Source: Octopus sinensis | Lineage: Eukaryota | Reading direction: 5' to 3' | Length of the DNA: 8,999 nucleotides | Assembly: GCF_006345805.1 (NCBI RefSeq) | Contig: NW_021828239.1 | Coordinates: 1-8,999 of the forward strand | Shown here: positions 1 to 8,828 of the stretch, piece after piece | Layout of the letters: every line of letters starts with the position of its first letter | How positions within the stretch are numbered: position 1 is the first letter of the stretch | Program-made: the position numbers and the translations under genes | The notes under the pieces: model-generated | Database searches by the model: none | What the model was told of the DNA's origin: nothing | The model's input: only the letters and a program-made list of their open reading frames with translations

Positions 1-125
1 AACTTTATACATTTTTGGATCTTTAGACATAGATTGTGGAACTTTTTTCCAATATATGTGATAACACAAGTTGATATCCGGATTGTTATAAATAATCCCT
101 TACGAGGAAATTAAATCCTCATTAC

Positions 126-235
126 TTATATATATATATATACATACATGTATATATGTGTATATGCAATATATATCTGTGTATATATGACTGCATTTTA
201 TATATATATATATATATATACAGACATGCACACAC
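126..235. repeat. Compound (TA)n/(CA)n microsatellite inside the PLE remnant
   Basis: Direct inspection. Confidence 0.95.
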
Positions 236-626
236 ATGAATTTGGTTGACAATATCCAACAATCAGACACCAATAAATGCAACTAGAACTCATATCCAAA
301 GTAATTCCTCATCTATAACATGCAGATCCAAATATCATTTAGAAGAATTTCAAGAAATTCAATAAAAATTTCAATAAAAGTACGAGAATATCTCAACTCA
401 AAATTTGTAAACAAGAGTAGAATCGATAATGTGTATTGTGAAATTAGTTCTAATGATAATTTTCCTGAACCAGATTTCAATTCTTTAAGTAGCACTAATA
501 CCGACTCTGACAATACAGTTAACACCTAGTTTTAATATTAATTATAAGGATGATAATCCTCTCTTAACACCTAATTCTTAGAGGAGAACTAGTAGGAATT
601 CTTTTAACCATGAGTACCAAATACAA

Positions 627-1061
627 GTGAATAAATGCCTGTGTAATTGTAAAAACAAAATTGTCTGTCCTTTAGAAAATCGGTGCATAAAGGAAATTAT
701 AGTTTATCAATGTAAGGTAATGTCAGAGGATCATAAGTATTATTACATAGGTTCATCTGCTATACTTTGGAAATCTAGATTTCATGCTCATTTTCATTCA
801 TTTAAGTATAGAAGAAAAAGTAATTCTATAAATCTTAATAAATGCATTTGGGATTTAAAAGATAGAAATATTAAGTATTATTTAATGTGGTTCGTTATTA
901 GTTATCACCTTCATACAATATTGGAAATTCTACGTGTGATCTTTGCCTCGAACAAATGCATTATATAATTATCTAAATTAATGTTATTAAATTTTAATGC
1001 GAATTTTACAATGAAATGTTGTCACAAATTTCGGGAAGCATTTAAATGTTTCAATTCTTAA
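627..1061 (+). pseudogene. GIY-YIG endonuclease domain of a Penelope-like element, frameshifted
   Basis: ORF 627-968 reads CNCKNKIVCPLENRC-IKEIIVYQC...YYYIGSS...KSRFHAHFHSFK...IWDLKD. This gives the CxC..CPL...C zinc linker, VYQ/YIG motifs and a conserved R. After a frameshift near 905 it continues SPSYNIGNSTCDLCLEQMHYII, then LLNFNANFTMKCCHKFREAFKCFNS* (stop 1059-1061), matching the typical PLE CxLC...KCxH tail. Confidence 0.88.
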
Positions 1062-1720
1062 TTATAATTGCTTTTCATATGTCATATAATAAGCATAACT
1101 TTTCTAAAAAAAAGGTGGGGGGTTACTATATTTGATAAATAGATAACTGATTGCCGTGACTAGAATCGCTATGTTTCTATCATAATTATCGTAACGTAGA
1201 AATCTTACGTTTATTCTTTCGATATCCACTCATGTCACCAAGATTTGAATACAAAAATAGCTTTTCTTAGATTATATTTCTTCTTAACGTTCTTTTTGTA
1301 TGCGTTCGTGTACTGGAAGTATGTCTTTAGTTTACTTTGGATTTGACTAATTTTGGATCACCTCGAAAACGTTGTGCTAACGTGTATTTTCAGATATATT
1401 ATTTTGAATGATAATCTCTATATCTAAATATGTTGATACGACAGAAACAATTTTGTTGGATTTGTATAGTGAGTTCTACAACTAAAGATGTGATTTTCTC
1501 TATCCGTATTTTTCGTGTTGTGTTGTGTGTGTGTGTGAGCGCGCGCTTCTTCTTCTTCAGAAAACCGAAAAAGGAGGGACGAAGGACGAAACACGAAACA
1601 CAAGAATGAAAGAAAAATGAAGAGAAATATAAAGCAAAATATGTTAAATATTCCTTTTTCAACGAAAAGGCCACATAGTGTTGATATATCTGTTGATCGT
1701 ATCTTATACGTGTATCATAA

Positions 1721-1721
<1 letters not shown>

Positions 1722-1802
<81 letters not shown>
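1722..1802. repeat. (GT)n microsatellite, ~40 units with two GTAT interruptions
   Basis: Direct inspection. Confidence 0.98.
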
Positions 1803-1804
<2 letters not shown>

Positions 1805-2163
1805 TAACATGAAGAAACAAAAGCAAGTCTCTAAGGGGAAAAAATAAGAAGAAAACGGGTATAAAAGAATCTGGCATGAAAGAAGAACATGTATCCTAGC
1901 TCAAAACAGAAAGCCTAAGAATTCCTGAAAAGAGACAGAAATAAACCCAGTTATTTAAACGGGTACTACACTAATATAGATAAATGCATATGTATACAAA
2001 TATATATGCATTTATATATTAGGATGGAATTAGCTAGATACATACATAGATATTATATATGTGTATGTGAGCGTTTGTGAATGCGTGTGCGTGTGTGTGT
2101 GTGAATATATGTAGGTATGAATGTATGCATATGCATGTTTATATATGAGGGTATTAAACTTAC

Positions 2164-2214
2164 ATGAACTCCACAGAGTACATCTCAACTTGTCAGAGTG
2201 AAAGTACTCCACAA
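2164..2214 (-). CDS. Candidate 51-nt internal exon of an unidentified host gene (x-VEYFHSDKLRCTLWSS-x, phase 1/1)
   Basis: The minus strand reads ...aacttttaattAG | TTGTGGAGTACTTTCACTCTGACAAGTTGAGATGTACTCTGTGGAGTTCAT | GTAAGTtt. It has a consensus donor, an AG acceptor, a length divisible by 3 and only one open frame. It is non-repetitive sequence among microsatellites. Protein not recognised. Confidence 0.35.
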
Positions 2215-2344
2215 CTAATTAAAAGTTACTCGGGGCTATGACATACATCTTATGTGACGAACTAAAATGGAAAGCATGAATGTCTGATAACTCTTATAAA
2301 GTAAATATGCGAATTATTTTACTTCATAATTCTTGCCTATAAGT

Positions 2345-2609
2345 ATGTGCGTATATATCTACATACATACATACATACATACATACATACATACATACAT
2401 ACATGCATGCATATATATATATATGTGTGTATATATATATATATATATACATTTATGTAGATACATACAAATATACATATATACATATGCACGTGGTTAT
2501 GCATACATATAGAGATACATATAATATGTGTGTGTGTAGATAGATAAGACATAGATAGATAGATAGATAGATAGATATACATATATACTATAATATATAT
2601 GTATATATG

Positions 2610-2671
<62 letters not shown>

Positions 2672-2824
2672 CAGATATACAGATATGTATATACTATAAT
2701 TTATATGCATATAAATATATACAGAGACACACACACACACACATAATACATGCAAGTGTATGTGTGTGTGTGCGTGCGTGCGTGCGTGTGCGTGCGTGTG
2801 TGTGCGTGCGTGTGTGTGTGTGTG

Positions 2825-2860
<36 letters not shown>
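2345..2860. repeat. Compound microsatellite block: (ACAT)n, (AT)n, (AGAT)n, (AC)n, (GT/GC)n
   Basis: Direct inspection. The ORFs 2337-2582 and 2599-2910 are translations of these repeats. Confidence 0.97.
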
Positions 2861-2862
<2 letters not shown>

Positions 2863-2998
2863 TATGGGAGGCTTATACTTAGTAGCTATACCATGAAATC
2901 CACGCTATGATTTCACGCCGACATTCGTTTAAAAGTTAATCCCAGTAGATTATAAACTGAAACCTTATATATGTATATAGAATCTTATACACAATTCT

Positions 2999-3025
2999 AT
3001 TAATATATATATAAATATATATTTA

Positions 3026-3058
<33 letters not shown>

Positions 3059-3075
3059 GCACGTATACACACATT
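2999..3075. repeat. (AT)n followed by (AC)n microsatellite
   Basis: Direct inspection. Confidence 0.95.
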
Positions 3076-3301
3076 CTTTTACATATACAAACTAATTATA
3101 AACTAATGTAAACGTCATTAATTTTAGTTAGAACAACAACAACAAAAACAAAACAAAAACACACACCAGTGACATATTGAATTTCACATCCTTTCCCGAA
3201 ATGGTGACAGCGTTGCCAATTACGAACCACACGCTCGCCCGGCACGGGGTTTCGAATCCCGGCAGTCCAGTGGTCCTTCATGAATACCTTAGATAGCCAT
3301 A

Positions 3302-3623
3302 CCCAGACCGGGCGTTGTGAGTGTTTATTGAGCGAAAACACCTAAAAGAGCTCCACGAGGCTCCGGCAGGGGGTGGTGGCGACCCCTGTTGTACTCTTCC
3401 ACCACAACTTTCTCTCACTCTTACTTCCTGTTTCTGTTGTACCTGTATTTCAAGGGGCCGGTCTTGTCACTCTCTGTGTCACGCTGAATATCCCCGAGAA
3501 CTACGTTAAGGGTACACGTGTCTGTGGAGTGCTCATCCACTTACACGTTAATTTCACGAGCAGGCTGTTCCGTTGATTCGGATCAACTGGAACCCTCGTC
3601 GTCGTAACCGACGGAGTGCTTCC
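3302..3623 (+). mobile_element. 5'-truncated SINE-like retroposon with an 11-bp target-site duplication
   Basis: AGATAGCCATA at 3291-3301 and 3624-3634 flanks a GC-richer 322-bp segment. Two hairpins lie at its 3' end (3567-3593, 3595-3616). It resembles a recalled octopus SINE body (unverified). The strand is inferred from the hairpin end and that recollection. Confidence 0.7.
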
Positions 3624-3665
3624 AGATAGCCATATTATTCACTTGTTTACCTTAACTCTTGATAC

Positions 3666-3854
3666 AGCACGCCGGACAAAATACTTAGCGGTATATCGAC
3701 TGGCTTCACGTTCTCAGTTCAAATTTCCCCGAAGTCGACTGTGCTTTTTTATCCACTTCTGGTTCGATAAAATAAGTACCAGTTGAGCCTTAGGATTGAT
3801 ATAATCGACTAGTGCCCTGCCCACAGTTTCCGGCTTTGTGCCTATAGTAGAAAG
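3666..3854 (+). mobile_element. tRNA-derived SINE, diverged and 5'-clipped; same family as 8164-8382
   Basis: Aligns with 8164-8382: AGCA..CCG.ACAAAAT...ACGTTCT.AGTTCAAATTTC.CCGA.GTCGACTGTGC...TTCGATAAAATAAGTACCAGTTGAGC...GGCTTTGTGC. B-box-like AGTTCAAATT at ~3716-3725. Confidence 0.8.
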
Positions 3855-3874
3855 CGGCCTTATTCCTTATGTGG

Positions 3875-4032
3875 GTAGCGGGTTATTACTTGTCGCCTTA
3901 GGTAACCGCACGTTGTCTTTCAAATGCTTAGAACCTTCCTGATAATCCTTGCTGTCCCTAAGAGACAAACTTTCTGTAGGAGCTCTACCGTACATTCTAG
4001 TCCAATCTCTTATAGCCATTTGTCTATATTTT
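3875..4032 (-). mobile_element. R4/Dong-type non-LTR retrotransposon fragment, family B (ORF C-terminus plus partial 3' UTR)
   Basis: Minus strand 4030-3920 reads NIDKWL*EIGLECTVELLQKVCLLGTARIIRKVLSI*, the typical 'LQK..LLGTA.I.R..L' C-terminus of REL-type R4/Dong ORFs. The 5' truncation abuts the (TTA)n array at 4035. Confidence 0.75.
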
Positions 4033-4034
4033 GG

Positions 4035-4041
4035 ATTATTA

Positions 4042-4116
<75 letters not shown>

Positions 4117-4145
4117 TATTATTATTATTATTTTATTATATTATT
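4035..4145. repeat. (TTA)n/(TAA)n array
   Basis: Direct inspection; a few TCA/TAT interruptions. Confidence 0.98.
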
Positions 4146-4700
4146 GAGTGAGAGAGCAGTGCATGCCATCAAAGTGACACTGGGGTAAAATATACGAAGC
4201 CCAATATACCCATCATGACTACCCGTCTGATAAAGGTACACCAGGCACATGCATCACAACCATATGTGCGCGACATGGTGATCTCATATCAAGATAAACA
4301 GCGCATGACCTTGCAGGTGGGGCCCAGTTAGAATTTTCTTCAGGTTGAGTAGCCCATCCCGCTCAAAAGGTCCCTGAATAAGGGTTGTTTAAGGATGTTG
4401 AAAGAAACACTCATGTTTCCAGAGGTGAATTATTCAAACCCCAAAGAATCCCTCTCAACACATGGCTATGATGCTCCCCCACTACTTCTGCTCGTGATCA
4501 GAGATGCACACATCGTCAGCCACTAAGGGACATGCTCAACTGGTTAAGGTCAAACAACTGACAAGCAAATCTGTGGTATTGAGCATAATATTTGCTGTAG
4601 CCCATCTTTTATACCAAGACAAAACAATGTACATGATAACACTTCCAATCAGTTAAGATCAGAAGCCATGAGAGCCACTGCCTGGTACTGCATCAGGGCA
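4146..4700 (-). mobile_element. Element X, copy 1 (555 bp, longest copy): non-coding interspersed repeat flanked by (TAA)n on both sides
   Basis: Homologous to 5132-5599 and 7584-8075. The minus strand starts TGCCCTGATGCAGTACC and ends GCACTGCTCTCTCACTC-AATAATAA. The strand is inferred from the end shared by all three copies and the truncation of copy 3 at the other end. Confidence 0.85.
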
Positions 4701-4735
4701 TTTATTATTACTATTATTATTATTATTATTATTAT
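4701..4735. repeat. (TTA)n array between X copy 1 and a family A fragment
   Basis: Direct inspection. Confidence 0.95.
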
Positions 4736-4931
4736 AGCGTGCTTTCACTTCACTACCGAGCGCAGCTCTGTGTGCCTTGGGTATGTGCTGTGATTTGTTG
4801 TGATGCTCTGATGGTTATTGTATGGAAAGTGTTCTGCGTAGGATGTGTGCAGTGCCTAGTAGTGCAATTTTCTGTATGTTATATGTGTTTGTAAGTCCTG
4901 GTGTTTTTGTTATGTATTTGTCTGAATATTT
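4734..4931 (-). mobile_element. R4/Dong-type fragment, family A, copy 1 (last ~38 codons plus 3' UTR)
   Basis: Minus strand 4931-4815 reads KYSDKYITKTPGLTNTYNIQKIALLGTAHILRRTLSIQ*. It aligns with 5633-5802. The 3' end runs into (TAA)n and lacks the terminal ~15 nt seen in copy 2. Confidence 0.88.
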
Positions 4932-4967
4932 AGGTAACTGCACGTTGTCTTTCAAATGCTTAGAAGC

Positions 4968-4969
<2 letters not shown>
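4930..4969 (-). mobile_element. 40-bp family B fragment (VLSI* codons and start of 3' UTR) fused to the 5' end of family A copy 1
   Basis: 38/40 identical to 3898-3937. Confidence 0.85.
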
Positions 4970-5131
<162 letters not shown>

Positions 5132-5599
5132 GAGTGAGAGAGCAGTGCATGCCATCAAAGTGACACTGGGGTAAAATATACGAAGCTCAGCATACCCATC
5201 ATGACTACCCATCTGATAAAGGTACACCAGGCACATACATCACAACCATATGTGCGCGACATGTTGATCTCATATCAAGAGGCCCAGTTAGAATTTTCTT
5301 CATGTCGAGTACTCCATCCCGCTCAAAAGGTCCCTGAATAAGGGTTGTTTAAGGATGATGAACAAAACGCCCATGTTTCCAAAGGTGAATTATCCAAACC
5401 CCAAAGAGTTCCACTCAGCATATGGCTATGATGCTCCCCCACTATATCTGCTCGTGATCAGAGATGCACATATCGTCAGCCACTAAGGGACATGCTCAAC
5501 TGGGTAAGTTCAAGTAACTGACATAACAATGTACATAACACTTCTAATCATTTAAGATGAGAAACCATGAGAGCCATTGCCTGATACTGCATCAGGGCA
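5132..5599 (-). mobile_element. Element X, copy 2 (468 bp; same two termini as copy 1; internal deletions of 26, 58 and 3 bp)
   Basis: Manual alignment to 4146-4700: 555-26-58-3=468. The 58-bp deletion lies between two GACA microhomologies. It is flanked by (TTA)n on both sides. Confidence 0.85.
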
Positions 5600-5619
5600 T
5601 TGTTATTATTATTACTATT

Positions 5620-6590
5620 CAGTAGTTTTATTTTTATAACGTGCTTTCAATTCACTACCGAGTGCAGCTCTGTGTGCCTTAGGTATGTGCTGTAGTTTGT
5701 TGTGGTGCTCTTATGATTACTGTATTGAAAGTTCTTTGCATCGGATGTGCAGCGCCCAGTAGTGCAATTTTCCTGGTGTTTTTGTTATGTGTTTGAATAT
5801 TTTTTTATCATACCTAATGCGCCCGCTATGATAGAGATTGTCTCTGTTTTTAGATTCCACATTCGAGTTACCTCTACTTCAAGGTCTTTGTATTTTTAAA
5901 GTTTCTCCATTTCTTTTAGAGAAACGTTGTCATCTACTGGTATTGATACATCAATTAGAAAGGTTGTTTTTTTTACTTCATGGTCTCTGACAACTATATC
6001 TGACCTATTGTCCTTAATTTCTCTATCTGTGTGTATTGGCATATCCCATAGCATGGGTGCTTTCTCGTTTTCTGTGACCTTTTCTGGTGTGTGCTTATAC
6101 CATCTTTTTCTGTTGTTATTCCATAGTGTTGGCATAGCTTCCAGTGTATGTAGGTCCCAACTCTCTCGTGTCTGCAAATATATTCATTCTTAACCAGGAC
6201 GGGACAGCCAGATATAATATGATTTATTGTTTCTTTCCATCTCCACATATTCTGCAGTTACTTGTTATATTTCTTTTCATTATATGTTTTTGGTAATTTC
6301 TGGTGGGGAGGCTTTGGTCTTGTACTGCAATTCAAAATCCCTCCGTCTCTGCTTTGAGTCCTGAGCTTCTCAACTATTGCTAGGATTTTTCTCTGTCTAT
6401 TTCTTTTGCGATTAGTTTAGTCCAGTATTTGCCATGAAGGGGCTTTTCTTGTCATCGTTTTATCATGGTCCGTTGCTGTTCTAGCTTTAGTTTGGATTTC
6501 ATTTGTTTTATAGCTTTTGTTATTTCTTCTTCTTCTTCTTCTTCATATTTGTTGGGTAGAATGACTTCTTGTTTGTATTTGTCAGCTTCT
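5620..6590 (-). mobile_element. R4/Dong-type non-LTR retrotransposon, family A, copy 2 (~970 bp, 5'-truncated downstream of RT)
   Basis: The 3' UTR ends ...AAAAATAAAACTACTG-AATAGTAATAATAA at the short TTA array 5601-5619. The coding remnant is described in the next feature. Confidence 0.92.
5717..6590 (-). pseudogene. C-terminal ORF remnant: post-RT region, CCHC zinc knuckle and restriction-like (PD..D/ExK-type) endonuclease
   Basis: Stitched minus frames read ...KR*QEKPLHGKYW...LRSSGLKAETEGF*IAVQDQSLPTRNYQKHI...CRICGDGK/ETINHIISGCPVL...RHERVG..IHWKLC.../WYKHTPEKVTENEK..LWDMPIHTDREIKDNRSDIVVRD...FLIDVSIP...EMEKL*KYKDLEVEVTRMWNLKTETISIIAGALG. It has many stops and frameshifts, and the usual RPD motif reads RSD. 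Confidence 0.92.
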
Positions 6591-6638
6591 TACATTTTCA
6601 CGCACGTGTTGCTGTGGCGGCATATCTGAGGCAAGTTA

Positions 6639-7062
6639 CTCTTACTCTTTTACTCTTTTACTTGTTTCAGTCATTTGACTGCGGCCATGCTGGAGCACCA
6701 CCTTTAGTCGAGCAAATCGACCCCGGGACTTATTCTTTGTAAGCCTAGTACTTATTCTATCGGTCTCTTTTGCCGAACCGCTAAGTGACAGGGATATAAA
6801 CACACCAGCATCGGTTGTCAAGCAATGCTAGGGGGACAAACACAGACACACAAATATATACACACACACTTATATATATATATATATATACATATATACG
6901 ATGGGCTTCTTTTAGTTTCCGTCTACCAAATCCAATCACAAGGCTTTGGTCGGCCCGGGGCTATAGCAGAAGACACTTGCCCAAGGTGCCACGCAGTGGG
7001 ACTGAACCCGGAACCATGTGGTTGGTTAGCAAGCTACTTACCACACAGCCACTCCTGCGCCT
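6639..7062 (-). mobile_element. Full-length tRNA-derived SINE with internal microsatellite and (AAGAGTA)-type tandem tail
   Basis: The minus-strand head AGGCGCAGGAGTGGCTGTGTGGTAAG...CCGGGTTCAGTCCCA has A-box-like (TGGCTGTGTGG) and B-box-like (GGTTCAGTCC) motifs. An internal (AT/AC)n lies at 6841-6898. The tail is GAAACAAGTAAAAGAGTAAAAGAGTAAGAG. Candidate TSD AAGTTA at 6633-6638 and 7063-7068. Confidence 0.88.
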
Positions 7063-7065
7063 AAG

Positions 7066-7092
7066 TTATTTATTTATTTATTTATTTATTTG
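7066..7092. repeat. (ATTT)n microsatellite
   Basis: Direct inspection. Confidence 0.9.
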
Positions 7093-7243
7093 TATATTTT
7101 TATACTCCAGTTTCCTGAGATGGCTTACATTATAACATAGTTTCCTTTGATTGTTCTTGTGGATCCTTAATTCGTGATGGTTTCAGATTTGATCTAATCT
7201 TCCCGGCAGCTCGCTGTCACCAGTCATGCTGCTTGGCTCATAT

Positions 7244-7340
7244 TTATTACTGATATTATATTATTTTATTATTATTATTATTATATTATATATTATTATT
7301 ATATTATTATTATTTATTATTATTATTATTATTATTTTAT
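7244..7340. repeat. Degenerate (TTA)n array
   Basis: Direct inspection. Confidence 0.92.
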
Positions 7341-7526
7341 GGACTTGCTTTGCTTTTGTACAAGTTGGCTCCAAGTCTCACCCAGAGACCTCAAGAGACA
7401 AGAAGTCAGAAGTTCATGTGGCCCAGGGTGCCATATATTTGGTTTTGTATATAGTGTTGTTCAAGAGAATGTTTAAGAAACCATAGGAAAATTGTGTTTG
7501 TTTTAAAATTTGAGATTACATAGACA

Positions 7527-7527
<1 letters not shown>
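7341..7527 (-). mobile_element. Probable third R4/Dong-type family (C): 3' UTR-only insertion between two (TTA)n arrays
   Basis: A complex 187-bp segment bounded by (TTA)n on both sides. The minus strand begins TTG TCT ATG TAA (L-S-M-stop), similar to the LSIQ*/VLSI* ends of families A and B. The family assignment rests on this and on recollection only. Confidence 0.5.

Positions 7528-7583
<56 letters not shown>
7528..7583. repeat. Pure (TTA)n array
   Basis: Direct inspection. Confidence 0.98.
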
Positions 7584-8075
7584 GAGTGAGAGAGCAGTGC
7601 ATGCCATCAAAGTGACACTGGGGTAAAATATACAAAACCCAGTATACCCATCATGACTACCCGTATGCTAAGGGTACACCAGGCACATGCATCACAACCA
7701 TATGTGCGCGACATGGTGATCTTATATCAAGATTAACAGCGCATGACCTTGCAGGTGGGGCCCAGTTAGAATTTTCTTCAAGTCGAGTAGTCCATCCCGC
7801 TCAAAAGGTCCCTGAATAAGGGTTGTTTGAGGATGAGGATGAGGAACGAAACACCCATGTTTCCGAAGGTGAATTATCCAAACCTCCAAGAATTGCTTTC
7901 AACACACGGCTATGATGCTCCCCCACTACATCTGCTCGTGATCAGAGATGCACATAAAGTCAGTCACAAAGGGACATGATTCAACTGGTTACGGTCAAAC
8001 AACTGACAAACAAATCTATGGTATTGAGCAGAATATTTGCTGTAGTAGACCATCTTTTATACCAAGACAAAACAA
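7584..8075 (-). mobile_element. Element X, copy 3 (same 3' end, missing ~75 bp at the 5' end)
   Basis: Aligns to 4146-4625. It has a short GGATGA duplication at ~7831-7843 and ends at the (TAG)n tract. Confidence 0.85.
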
Positions 8076-8076
8076 A

Positions 8077-8108
8077 GTAGTAGTAAGTAGTAGTAGTAGT
8101 AGTAGTAG

Positions 8109-8149
<41 letters not shown>

Positions 8150-8157
8150 TTATTATT
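8077..8157. repeat. (TAG)n immediately followed by (CTA)n, then short (TTA)n; forms a palindrome
   Basis: Perfect inverted repeat at 8086-8133 centred on AGT|ACT (8109/8110). Confidence 0.95.
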
Positions 8158-8163
8158 TTTGTA

Positions 8164-8382
8164 CGGTATGCTAGCAGAATCGTTAGCATTCCGTACAAAA
8201 TGTTTTGCAGCATTTCGTCCGGCTTTACGTTCTGAGTTCAAATTTCACCGAGGTCGACTGTGCCTTTTTTATCCAATTAGGTTCGATAAAATAAGTACCA
8301 GTTGAGCACTGGGGGTCGATGAATCAGCATATCGCCCATCCCCGAAGTTCCTGGCTTTGTGCTAACATTTTAAAACCAATAT
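8164..8382 (+). mobile_element. tRNA-derived SINE, near full length
   Basis: A-box-like TAGCAGAATCG (8172-8182) and B-box-like GAGTTCAAATT (8234-8244). Homologous to 3666-3854 but with a different 3' end. Confidence 0.82.
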
Positions 8383-8389
8383 GTTGATA

Positions 8390-8828
8390 CTCAAACTCAC
8401 ACACCCACTCTTACACACACACGCACATACATAAATACTCACACAGTGTCACGTAAATACACGTTCGCATGCACATCTACATTCACATACACACACACAT
8501 CTACACTCACATATACATAAAATAGACACACGCACATCTACATTTACATAAACACATAAATACACACATAAATATACACGACATCTACATTCACATACAC
8601 ACACATATAAATATACATAAATACACATAAAAAACATCTACATCCACATACATACACACACATACACATCCACATTCACATACATACACACATAGATACC
8701 ACACACACACACACACACACACAAACGCACATCTACACTCACACACATATCTACACATTAATACACACGCGCACACCTACACTTACACACACACAAGCAC
8801 ACACAAGCACACACACACTGACACACCT
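8390..8828. repeat. Degenerate (CA)-rich simple-sequence tract with recurring ACATCTACAYTCACA motif
   Basis: Almost G-free plus strand. The motif recurs at about 8473, 8497, 8534, 8581, 8634, 8665, 8729 and 8774. Confidence 0.85.

Larger units (their letters stand above)
1..1061 (+). mobile_element. Decayed Penelope-like retroelement (PLE): RT C-terminal remnant, linker and GIY-YIG endonuclease; runs off the left edge
   Basis: GIY-YIG remnant at 627-1061 is clear. Weaker upstream matches: TFLDL/LDIDCGTFFQYM at ~10-60 (frameshifted, resembles the PLE RT 'FLDxxL...G.F..Y' motif) and RNSIKIS in ORF 320-529 (resembles the PLE 'NTIKISY' motif), followed by an S/N/D/T-rich linker. Multiple stops and frameshifts, plus a microsatellite at 126-235. 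Confidence 0.75.

Noticed and set aside
1617-2910. ORFs rich in CV/YI/HT dipeptides (1617-1847, 2337-2582, 2599-2910), and likewise 8449-8776
   Set aside because: They are translations of dinucleotide and tetranucleotide microsatellites.
2893-2915. Hairpin TGAAATC-N8-GATTTCA
   Set aside because: Seven-bp arms are expected by chance in AT-rich DNA and there is no supporting context.
3196-3270. tRNA-like T-arm CGGGGTTTCGAATCCCG followed by GCAGTCCA
   Set aside because: The T-loop has an extra base and there is no complementary acceptor 5' strand or D/anticodon arm. At most it is a decayed tRNA-derived fragment, not a tRNA gene.
3096-3576. ORFs 3096-3341, 3321-3509 and 3373-3576
   Set aside because: They overlap the SINE-like insertion and its junction and have no recognisable domain.
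4600-4700. HDV-like ribozyme at the 5' end of element X
   Set aside because: A manual search found no P1/P3/L3 arrangement fitting the HDV fold, only a weak GCC(C)TG/CAGGC hairpin. A proper descriptor search is still worthwhile.
4146-4700. Terminal inverted repeats for X (GCAGTG near one end, CACTGC near the other)
   Set aside because: Only 6-7 bp, not terminal and at unequal offsets. The 5'-truncated copy and TAA junctions fit a retroelement better than a MITE.
7215-7225. 11-nt match (TGGTGACAGCG) between the minus strand here and ~3202-3212
   Set aside because: It does not extend convincingly and is compatible with chance.
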